A DNA stretch of 64,000 nt from Vicugna vicugna (taxonomy: Eukaryota), in the NCBI GenBank assembly GCA_013265495.1, contig MU057989.1, positions 697,513-761,512 of the forward strand. Reading direction: 5' to 3'. The notes under the pieces were generated by a model. It was not told where the DNA came from, did not search any database, and saw nothing but the letters and a program-made list of their open reading frames with translations. The position numbers were made by a program, and so were the translations under genes. Numbering within the stretch: position 1 is the first letter of the stretch; each line of letters starts with the position of its first letter. Positions 49,001 through 61,000 of this stretch are shown piece after piece.

Positions 49001-52000
49001 ATAGAAAGAGTGCCGCTGTTTACAGAGAAATCCCATCACCTCCTAGAGAGATGTGAACTAGCAGCAGACTGGGCCCGGCCTCCGTGCCCTGGACGCTGGC
49101 TCGCAGTGCTCGGGCCTCTGGGTCCTGGGCACATTCAGCCATTTCCCACTGAGCACGGGACCCTCCCTCGGTGCTCAGACACCCTTACCCTCCGGCCTTG
49201 CCCGAGGGGAGGACAAGTGCAGGGAGGCCTGGCGAGGCCGAGCCTGCCCCTTGGCTCACCCACCTCCGTGTTTTTCCGCTTCATGGCCTCATAGTAGGGC
49301 GAATGCTCAGCCAGGTGCCGGTTGGGGGCACACAGGTAGTAGATGTTGCGGGTGCCGGCCTGCATGCGGCTCGCGTAGTCAGGGAGACTGGTCAGCTGGC
49401 CCTCGGGCAGCGCCGACGACTCGTACCGCAGCAGCTTCGCGATGTCCTCCTGCAGACGCACAGAAGCTGGGTCACTGCTTGTTCCAGGTCCTGCCTCTGA
49501 AAGTCTCTGGACTCTGGACTTCAGAACCTCCGGTGGAGGGAGGAAAGGTGCTGGCTGGCCTCACACCCACCCAGTGGGCCCCCATGTCCTGCAGCCGAGG
49601 CAGCTCCTGCAGAAGCCTGGCCGGGGATGGCGTTCTGGGCTGGCTCAAGCCCTGGGAGCTCTCGTGCTGTCCGTTGGGTCCCACGTCCTAAGTTCAGGGG
49701 ACCTTGGAGAGCACCTTCCACCCCAGGGGGCCCAGGGCCTCACCAAGAGGGGCTTTCCAGGTGACCCGCGTGCACCGTCCCAGGAGTGGTCACCCTGTTG
49801 TGCGCAGCCCACTCCTGGACCCAGCATCCTCCCTCTGTCCCAAATCACAGAGTGCCTCTCAGCCAACAGGGGACAGGGGTGTGAAGCCTACACTTGCCAG
49901 CCCTCCTCACAGCCCGAGGATGAGTCCTAGCCCAGGGGGTGCAAGCGAGAGTAGGGTGTATGACTAAGAGAACAGGCCCTGAAAGGAGGGGCTTGTCCGT
50001 CCCTTCCTGTCAGCTGAGATGCAGGTGTGGCCACTGACGGCCTCGGGACTCCAGGAGGGAGCCACTTGTGAGGCCGGGGAGCAGCAACCAGCCAGGGCCT
50101 GGCTCCCTGGGGCCACCATTCTGGACGTGACCTGACACACTCTGCCTCACCTACCCCACCAACTCACCTCCGACAGCCCCAGCGTAGACAAGCAGTGGGG
50201 ACACGGGGAGACGGGGGAGGGCCAGGCCCAGGTGGAGGAGTGACATGGTGGGGATGAAAAGTGGACAGACAAGCAAAAACAAGGATCTGGGAGCCCCCAG
50301 CTCTAGCTTCATATGCAAAGCTTGCGCTTCATGCACGTGATGGGTCCTCATTAACAAACCAAGTACACTGACTGACTGACTGACCGAGGGAGTGACTGAC
50401 TGAGGGGTGATTTGTAAAGCATGGAGAAGAGCCCCTGACAGGCCATTATCTACAGACACGACAGAGCAGGTGGAGTCTGAGCGCTGACAGCCAGGAGGGA
50501 GGAGGCCCGGGAAGAGCAGGCCGACGTCTAGGCCCCCAGGCCCCCTCACCACCGCCTGCAGTGCTGCGTCCTGGGGCCCCAGACGGTTGGTCACCCTCCG
50601 TCCCCGCTGCTGCTCTGGAAAACCCTGACACTGGGAGTGACCGCTTAGTGGGGATGAGTGTCCTTTTGAGGTGACAGAAATGTTCTGGAACTAGGTGGTG
50701 GTGGCCATACAACCCATGACTGTACTCAGTGCTGCTAAATTGTTCACTTTAAAAGGCAGATTGTAGGGGGAGGGTGTAGCTCAGTGGTAGAGCACATGCT
50801 CAGAATGCACAGGGTCCTGGGTTCAATCCCCAGTACCTCTGTTTAAAAAAACAATTAAAACGTAGATTGTACGGTATGAGAATTACAACTTAAAAACAGC
50901 CAGAAAACGATCGTGGAGCAATCGTATATAGTCTTTACGTAACTGCACTGGTGACTGAGATCTGGCTCCAGTGGCAGTGCTGAAGAATTTCTACCAAGTG
51001 CACCGAAGACACACCTGCACTCCCCACCCCACGAACCAGGTGCCTCGCCCCATCTCACCTTCTGTGATCTCCCAAGCCTCCCAGATCCTCGTGGGAGGAG
51101 ACGCCTCATGCCTGTTCCCCTCTGGCCCTGGGCCGGGGCCCTGGAGGAGGGGAGCCTGTGCTCCTGTGCAAGCTGGATCTGCTGGGGCCAACCTGCTGGG
51201 TCCAGAGGCCAAAGAGGCTTCCTGACCCCAGGAGTGGTGACGGGGTGCCTGGGGGTGCCCTCGTCATGTCCTGGGAAGCCCAGGTTTCTGGTCTCCAGCA
51301 GCTTCCTCCACAGCTCAAGGCAGCACAGAGAAAGGCCCGGACACCCAGATCCTACCTTGACCTCCTGCTCGGCCGTGGTCACGATGCCCTCCCTCATGAA
51401 CAAGCCGTAATCTTCAAAGAACTTGGCATATTTTTCAGTGTCCTTTTTACTCTGGTCAATGAAGAATTTTATGAGCCTCTGCTGTAGAACGCCCTGGAGT
51501 TTCCTACAGAACAGAAAGGCATTTATCACGAACAAGCAACTTTCTTAAAAAACATAACCAGAAGGATAAGAAAAACCATTCGGCCCCACTAATAATCAGG
51601 GAAGTGACGACACAGACCACTGTGGCCAAACTACAGAAGATGAAGCGGAAAGAAGGGTGATCCCTGGCTAACACGGGATAAGGAGGCAAGAGCCCCCTAC
51701 AGGCAGGAATTTGAGCTCACACACACACCCCGCCCACCTCATGAGTCACCAAGATGAATGGACCGTGATTTTCACTAAGCACAGAAAACAGAAAACAATT
51801 ATGTCCAACAGGAGACAGAAGGTTGAAATGAATGATAAAAAACTACACAGACATTAAAAATCAATCCTCTAATGACACGATCCTAATGACATGAAAAAGA
51901 GCCTGTGTTGGAAGAAAAACCGGAAGAATCCCAACATGGATGAGCCACAGTGCACGTGCAGTACAGGTGTGCGAGGACCACGTGTACTGCTTGCTGCACA

Positions 52001-55000
52001 GTATAGTTTTCCGTGTGGAACAATGCTGTGCAAGCAATGTGACCACTTCAGCTCGGGTCTGTACGGGGTATTCTACGTGTGCACTAAAATTATACAAAAC
52101 GGGTTTTGTGCATCAGGGTGTTTTCCACAGGATTATATGATGGCATAAAATTACAAGCAATTTTATTGCTGAGATTAGGGGTATTTTTATTTCGTTAATA
52201 ATCAGACTTCCCTTTAAAAAAGTACAATTAGCATATATTTCCTTAATGACCCAGGGGAGAGGAACAATAATGGTTAGCATTCATTTAAGCTTTTCTCTTC
52301 CACTCCCACCCTGAATGGCTCAGTCCTTCAGCCACAGGGCGGAGTGGGACCGGGTAGCGCCCATCTGTGGTGGGGGAGTCACAGCAGCTAGGATGGGACA
52401 GGGAGGGTGTCCGTGCAGCGGGTCTGGGGGGCCTGGCATGGAGTGTCAGAGCCCAAGGACCCCAGAAGAGGGGATCCAGGCTGGGGACAGTGAGCAGCTG
52501 TCAGAAAGTCTGGCAGACACCCCCTTAGCAGGCAGCCCACTGTGTGGAGTCAGGGCCCAAGCAGGTGAAGGGAGGATCCAAGCTGGGGGAGGGCAGCGTC
52601 AATGGCTGACGGGTTGCGTGGAGCGGACTGGTCAGAGGGAGACACACGAAGGACAACGAGGGGCAGATTTCGTTGCAAAGGAAGCAAACCTGGGAAGGAG
52701 CAACATGGAGGCGGTGCTGGTTGGTATTGGGTGAACTCAATAGATACAGACGTGCTCCGAGCACGACAGGGAAGGGTCAAAGGGCAGAGGAGTCAGCCTG
52801 AGCAGGCTCCCACTAAATCGGGGACAGTCTGGACATCAAAATAAACAATGACAGTGGATTATAACCCACTGAATAAAACTGCAAATCAATTCATGTAAGT
52901 AAGTTACAGATACAGGTACCAAGAAATGCACATACATGTTATAAGAAATAAATATGCTGGAAGTTTGACGAAGCAACAAACCACCAACCACACAGAGGTA
53001 TTAATTACAAAGGGGAAAAGAGAAACTTCACATGTGAAGGCTGTGTCACCGTGGTCGAAGTCACACCCACCTGACAGGAGGAAGCAGCACTGGGCTGTTC
53101 CCGCACCACAGCCAGCGGGAGCCTCACGGCACACGCCGAGGGCCAGTCTACACAGCAGAGGCCTCCGGGTCACGAAAGTTGGGGAAAAGACTGCGGAACT
53201 TGGTCAGCCAGCCTCCAGGAGCCAGAGACGCAGCAATAAAGGCGGGTGTGACCCTGGGCTGGACCCCTTCCTCCACAGGACACACTGGCCCGAGTGCAGA
53301 CGGGCGCGGGCCTGAGGGTGAGACTCCCTGACCGCCAGCCGCATGGGAGCAGGGAGGAGGCCCTCTGTGTTCTCGGGGAAGACACCCTAAGATATCTGGG
53401 GACCATGGGCACAGGGTGGGCACCTTACTCTCAAAGGGTTCAGGGCAAAAAACGTACTTTGGATCATGTTTCTACCCTTTCTCTAAGTTTCTGATTCTTT
53501 TAGGTTCTTTCAAAGATTTCATTTAAGGCTGACTCTGTGGTCTAGATAAATGCTCAGACCAACAGCCTGGCCCTGAAAACCACAAATGGCCAAGTGGCCA
53601 AGTGGCCAACTGGCCGGACACACCTCCGCCCACAGCCTCGGGTCTCACCTGCCGTCTGGGTCAGCCCACAGAGCACATGGCTGAGGTCAGAAAACGTGGG
53701 TTCAAATACAAGTTTGCTCACTGATGGGTGTGACCTCTCTAACTCAGTTTCTGCAACTATGACATGGAGGCACAGTGGCTCCCACCTCCAAGGATGACAC
53801 GGGTTGTATGTGAAGGGCTCGGTAGACAATCAGGATGGGGAGAGGAGAGCTTTGGCCACCCCAGCTCACGCGGATTCAAGAGCAACATCTTCAGGAGAGA
53901 GGCGGGTGCCCTGCCTCCTGCACACTGTCAGTGGTCTTCCAGGCCCGAGCTCAGGCGTTCTCCCGGCTCTGGGGTTTCCTTTGCCTTGTCCGCCCAGGGA
54001 CAGCTGTCCTGGACTCCCTCCTGCCGTGGCCACCCGGGGACTGGGTGGCAGGGATTGGCCAAAGGAGGGAATGCCCCCCAGCACCAGCAACAATTTTCCT
54101 CAGTGTCAGTCTCCAAACCCCTCTTCTAAAAGCATGAAGTAAAGCCCGGGGGCAAAGCACACATGGCCGAGTACAGCCCCGCTCACCTGATGAGCGCGCT
54201 CTCCTGCAGGAGCTCCCGACTCAGGTTCAGGGGGATGTCCTCGCTGTCCACCACACCTGCGACACACAGGCCCATCAAGAAATCAGACCATGTGTGGGCA
54301 AGAGGGGAGGACATTCGGCAGGGGGCACAGCTCCCTGGCCCCTCGCCGTCCTGCCAATGTCCCAGGATTTACACAGAGCCCAGGTCACGACCATATGATC
54401 AGAAGAAAAGCAGGTAAGGTGGGCAAGCCTTTGCCAGGACAAGTTTACAATTTCAGCATCAGCTGGATGCTCTGAAAACCACCTCTTGGGTTTTCCATTC
54501 AGATTCACAAACACATCATGGATCAGTCAACCAAAACTAGCGCATGGAGGCAGGAAGCTCCCTGGAAGGCTCTGCACTGCCTCCCAGGGCTGTGGGAGAG
54601 GATGCCAGCTCATCAAAGGTGAGCCCTGCCTAACGACAGCACATCCCAGGTGGGGAGCTGCTCCTGGGCCCGGGGCCACAGGGCCTTGGCCCACACGGCA
54701 CGGTACAGACGCCAGCCTGGTACCTCGAATGAAGCGCAGCCACGCAGGCAGGACGTTGGTGGCCTTGGTCTGGATCAGGACCTTGCGGCTGTACAGCGAG
54801 ACGCTGGAGCCCAGCTCCCGGCTCACATCAAACATGGATGGTTTCTGCAGGCGAGGAAAGGGCAGTGTCAGGCGGCCACAGCAGAAATCCGAGACGGCCT
54901 CACTAGGAGGCAGAGCCTACGAGGTCACTGGTGGGGACCCCTTTCCTAGAGGCCACCTGGACTGGGAGATCTGAGGCAGGGAGTCCCGAGGAGGAGGGGC

Positions 55001-58000
55001 CGGGAACCCACCGTGTCTGTCTGTTCAAAAGTCCAGAGAGGCCCTGGGAGGACCCCCACACCATGGCTCTGGGCAGCTGGTGCCCCCCATAAAAACGATG
55101 ACCTGCATGTTTCTGTGAACAGAGCCAAACCTGCTAGGGGTCAGGAGTCAGCAAACTAGAGCCCGTGGATTTGTGTAGCTTAGAATGGCTTTTCAATTTT
55201 TCAATGATTGAAGGAAAAGGCACAAAAGAGCGTTTCACAATCTGTGAAAAATATGTGAAATCCAAATTCCAGTGTCTACAGCTTCCTGGGCCCTGGCCAC
55301 GTGCATCTGTCCTGCACGATCAGCCCCAAGCTTTCCACGCCACGGTGGAGCCCTAGGTGCTCACCGCCTGCGCTTCTCAGAAACGTCCACCAACCCTGCT
55401 CTACACCAGTGCCTCACATGCTGCCGTCTGCACACACATCACCTCAGCATCTTGTTAAGATGAAGACTGACCCAGGAGGCCTCACACAGGGCCCGGGGCT
55501 CCGCATTCCCAACAAGCCCCGGGGATGCTGGTGCTGCGCCTGCGGAGCACATGCATGGGGAGGGCAGAACAGAGCTTTCCGAAGTGGGTAACGGGCGGGG
55601 AGCTAAGAGGGCCGCAGGCAAGTAAAGCCAGGAGACCGGGTTCAGCCTCTGAGCAGGCTTCTCTGTTGCAGATGCGGCAGGGCCTCTGCGGGGCTGTGTG
55701 AGCCAGGAAGTTTTGGGGCAAAGTGGAAGGAGGAAGGAGGACGTGCGGCCTGGAGACAGGAAGCCCGCGGGCACCCTGAGCCCATGTCCATCCACAAGGC
55801 CCAGGCCTGCTGGCCGAACATCTCTGTTCAGCACCCCTCACTTTAAACTCTGTTTACCCGTCCAGAGGAATAGGATTTCCTTTCATTCTGATGCTGCCAA
55901 GGTCATTTTTGTGAAGTCTGTGCTGAAGGGGAAGCCCACCGATGCCTAAGCCCAGGGAACAGCAGGCGACCCCCGCGAGCCGATGCCGGGCTCACCGTCT
56001 CCGGCACGTAGAAGATACTGCGGATGTTGAGGGGCGCGTCTGTCTTGTAGTGCAGGGTGTAGCGGGGCTTGTCGTGCGCCTGAGCGATGTAGCGGTAGAA
56101 CTCCTCATGCTGTCCCTCGCCCACGTCCTTGGGGTCCATCATCCAGACGGCCTGGAAGGGGAGATGGGCGGGGACCTCATGTTTCAAACGCATCCTTCCG
56201 ACAACACGTGGGGCTGACAAGTGGGGCTTGTGGAGCCCAGGGTGGCGCAGGGGGTGGCACGGGCGACCCCTGGGCCCGCGAGGACCTGCCTCCTGGACCC
56301 TCCAACTCCGCCCCGCTGACTCCAGCTCTGGTCAAGTACACATACAAGTGCCTGTCCCCACCAGCATCAGGAGGACACAGGCGAATTGGGAGGGAGAGTC
56401 TGGACGAGCCTGCACGGCAGCAGGTGAGTGGCTAAAGAACATGGCCCAGCTGCATGATGGGAAGTCAGTCATGAAAAGGAAATGCCACAACCAGCACTAA
56501 TCCTAAAAACACGGTAAGAAGCTGGACACAAAAGGCCACACAGTTTGACTCCATTTCTATGAAATGTCCAGAAAAGGCCAGTTCAGAAAGTGGACTGTGG
56601 TTGCCAGGGCTAGGGGACGGGAAGGGGAGCGACTGCTCATGGGCGCTGGGTTTCTTTCTAGGGGGATGAATGCTCTGGAATTGACTGTGGTGACAGCAGC
56701 ATGACCGTGAACACACCCAGGAACACAGCATACACCGTAAAAGGGCGAACTGTATAGTGGGTGATACCAGTGCCTGGGGATGGGGTTGGGCAGTGGGGGA
56801 CCCCTGTCTCATCCCTGCTTGGCCGGCCCAACACAGACCAGCTGCTCTCCACGGCTGCCTCAGCCCAAGCCCCAGGGCCTCACCTGCAGGGTGTTAATGC
56901 GCCTCCCGTTCAGGTACAAGGGGAAGCTGACAAAGTTGCTGTACTTTGTCACCACATCTGGAAGACATAGGAGAGAGACAATGAACACAGGAAGCTTCTG
57001 GAGACGACAGTTCTGGAAGGCGCTGCAGGGGTCAGTGCTCTGGGGAGGCCGCGTGCATGCCCTGCACACTCTGGGAGAGCAGAACACACACCCCAGGCCA
57101 CCGAGAGACGTGACGCCTTCTTGGCAGCAAGAACAGAGGCTCATGGGCTAACGGGGAAGTGCTGTGCACACCTGGTGGTCCCTAGTGTCCAGACACGGGC
57201 AGAGAAAACCACCAGGCAGGCGCGCCCGCGTCTCACACAGGTGGACGACGGAGAAGCCGCGTCACCACCGACCGCAGAAGACGGCGCCCCTTGAACGGCG
57301 GAGGGGAAACCTGACTGAGCTGCAGGCCTGGCCCCACCACCCCACTCACTCCCCGGCCCCCTTTCCCTGGCGGAATGTCCTAGAACACGCCAGCAAGAGG
57401 CACGGCGCCACCTACACCCATGTCCCCAGAGGCCCCGGCCCCGCTCACCTCGCACCCGGGCCTCGCTGGCAAACTGGCTGCTATCAGCCTTGAGATGGAT
57501 GATGATCTTGGTCCCGGTTCTCACTCCGGAGGCTTCAGCAATTTCAAACACCCCGGAGCTAAGACACGGGCAAGGGACAGTAAGCTCCACCGTCAGCACC
57601 GACAGATCCAGCTCGACAGGACTTGTGGTCGAAAGGAAGCCAGAGTGTGGCTGCTTCGAGCCTGCTGAGCCCCTGGGCCACCATCTTGCTGCCAGGGACA
57701 GTCCTGCTGGGCTGTGGGGCTCCCCCATGTGCGCCAGACCCCAGGGAGACGCCTGCCTTCAGGGCCAACCCCATGCGCCTCCGAACCTCTGCCCGAGGCC
57801 GGGTGCCCTCACACGCACAGCAGCACAAGAGCAGGGTCTGCTCCATCCCTTGGCCCAAGTTTACTCTGGGCACTGTGGCTGCAGAGAACGAAACAGAGAA
57901 ACTGCTCTGACTGAGGGCAACGGGCCGCGCCTCTGCCAGGCCCCCTCTCGCCTGCGTTCCTGGAACCACAGTGGCAGACGGAAGACTCGGTTGGGAAAGC

Positions 58001-61000
58001 AGGATTCAGAAACGACGTTCTGGGGCCACTGAGATACATGTTGAAATGAGGCTCTGGTATTATCCTCCTCAAACTGTCTCAAGAAGCTCCTGGAACACCC
58101 TCCTGGTCAGCCTGTGGGGTAGGCCCAGGGCACAATGGGGACCAAATGGGCCCCTCTGAGCAAAGATGCCTCAGGCCTGTGGTGGCAGGGAGGCCAAGGG
58201 GTCAGAACAAGCCTCAGGGAACAAAGTCAGGGGGTTACAGAGCAGGGGACCCACATGGGCATGCAGCCCCTGGAGCAAAAGGAGTAACTGCTCCCCGAGT
58301 GTCAATCATGGGGAGGACAGCAGGCGTTTGCTGAGGAGAGGAGTCCGACTCTTCCTGAACCCCGCTCTGGCATCACCTGGGACATCTGTCTTGGCAGCCC
58401 TGGGGCACAGGTGACATGGGGACCATCGCTTACTCACCCATCTGAAAGCCACTGGTAGCCGGGGCTGCCAGCATCCACTGAGCGGGAATAGACCTCGACT
58501 CTGTCGGCCACCATGAAGGCCGAGTAGAAACCCACTCCGAACTGGCCAATGATCTTGCTGCTGGCCTCCGCCTGGCTCTGCAGCGCATCCAGAAAGGCCT
58601 GGGGTGGTGAAAGCCAGTCATGGGGGTGGCCCTTCCCAAGATCCAACATCTCCAGCCCCATGTCTGTTCCTCCAGTGCAGGCTCAGACCATGTTTAATCT
58701 TCATGACAACCCCGTCCTTTCCACCCACTTTCCACGCAGGGGACCTGGCCCAGAGCGGGGAAGGGAGGCCCGATGATCCTGGCTAGCAGCAGTGCCTTGG
58801 CCATAGTGGCCCCGACATCAGGGAGACTCTTGAATGTGTCCCCTAGATTCGTGGGAGACAGCACACACCAAAGCCAGGCTTCTTTGCGGCAGCACAAGGC
58901 ACTCAGTTATTGGAACTCATACAAGCAAAGTTCCTAAGATCAAAAATTCAGTAAAATGCGCACAGTCGTTGCTGTGAACACTGTCAATAGATGGTCTGCA
59001 GCGATGGAAATGCTGTACATGGCCCGATGTGGCGCTGCTGACCAGACCACATTTGGCTCCCGAGGACCAGGCTTGTGTGACCGAGAGGCCAGTACATCTT
59101 AATTGTGTTGTATTTAATTTTAATTAATTTAAATTCAAACAGCCACATGCTAGCGGCTACTGATGTGACAGCACAGATTCCCTCGATAGAAACACAGCCA
59201 AAAATGTAACGGGGGTGGGAAACAGTCACGGTAAGCCGTTTTTTGAAAGAAGAAATTCTGTGAATCACCCATCACTCTGGACCAATGACTGGACTGTTTC
59301 CAAGCACCTGGCACAAAGGGCCACGTGAGACACCACTGAGGCCCACAAAGAACAAAGAGCACTTGTTCCCCAGGAGAGGCACGAAGGCAGCCCAGGGTCC
59401 ACTCAACCTCGCTAACCGGGTGGCCCCTCCCGCCTCCAGTGAACGCGAAGCAACAACTTGGAGAAAAGCATGAGGAGGCAGAAGGGCGATGTATCAGACG
59501 TGGCCCCACGGGCTCGGACCCAAGGGCTGGCCGGTCTCCAGCAGTGGGCGAAGTGCTGGCTCCAGCCTCTCCACCCAACAAAGAATAGAAACCCCCTCCA
59601 AGGGTCCCCGGGACGACACAAGACCCTGTGATGAACTGAGGACGTCGCTCTGAAGCTGGCATCCAGGGCGTCTGGGACACACCCTCTCCAGTCTGAGCCG
59701 CCCTTCATGGGGAGACCTCAAACCTGAGAGGGGAGTAGCTGCAGCACCAGAGGAAGGGGTGGGGGGGTGCTTACCTTCGACCCCGACCTGGCGATTGTCC
59801 CCAGGTTGGACACCAGCTCCTCCTGTGTCATCCCAATGCCAGTGTCCTGCAGAGAGAGACAGGCTCAGTGCCCAAGGCAGCCGGGGCGAGCGGGGACAGA
59901 CATGTGTGGACCGCCCGGAACGAGCACATCAGTCACACGGGGTGGGAGGGGCCAGCAGGTGACACCACAAATCGTCAGAAAAGGCACGTTGTAGTCACGT
60001 CAGCCAGGCCTCACTGGAGAAACTCTCACTAGAGGACAGACACATAGATCAAAGGGACAAAACCGTCCAGAAAGAGCTGCACAGTGTCACATGATTGCTG
60101 ACAAAGGCTCCAAGACAATTTTCTGGGGAAAGGAAAAACAAACAGGGCAGAAACAACTGACCAGTCACAGGCAAGAAGGAGGTCTCAGCCCTCACCTCAT
60201 GCCAGACACAGAAATGGATCCAGAACCTAAGTGGAAGAGCCAAGATGCAAAACTTCTAGAAGAAAGGATAGGAGAAAATCTTTATGGCTTTAGAATAGGC
60301 AGAGATTTCTTAGGTCACCAAAAGCATGAAGCATCAAAGAAAGTCATAAAATGGACGTCATTAAAAACTTCTGCTTTTCAAAAGCCACCACTGGAGGAAG
60401 GTTATAGCTCAGTGGTAAAACGCATGTTAAGCATACAGGAGGTTATGGGTTCAATCCCCCGTACCTCCTCTATAAATAAATCAGTACCTAATTACCCTCC
60501 CCTCAAACAAAACAAAATTTAAAAATAGCTAAAATAAATTAGGAACGAAAACTACCACTAAGAAAATAAAAAGGCAAGTCACAGACTAGGGGAAAATATT
60601 TGCAAACACATATCTGATATTGGACTTGTATCTAGAATATACAAAGAATGCCTACAACACAAAGACAACCTGATTCAAAATGGGCAAAAATCTGAATACA
60701 CATTTCACAAAAAAGATACACACACAAATGGCAAGCACAAGAAAAGATGCTCAACACCATTAATCATTGGGGAAATGCAAATTAAAACCACAAAGAGATA
60801 CACTGTTCACTCACTAGAATGGCTAAAAATAAAAAGACTGACAGTGACAAGTGCTGACAAGGATGTGCAGCAACTGGAATTCTCAAAGCAGGAATGCAAA
60901 ATGGGACACCCCCCTGGGGAAGTTCAGTGGTTTCTTACAAAGGTAAACAGACACTCACCTTGCAGCCCCGCACTCCCACTCCTAGGTATTTACCCCGGAG

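Noticed and set aside
49255..49263. Tandem donor GTGG|GTGAG after TRAP1 exon 13
   Set aside because: Common GTNNGT motif; the distal site would be out of frame and there is no evidence of use
48623..49294. 223-aa plus-strand ORF antisense to TRAP1 exon 14 (and similar ORFs across 46-64 kb)
   Set aside because: Shadow ORFs from GC-rich sequence and codon bias; no known protein features
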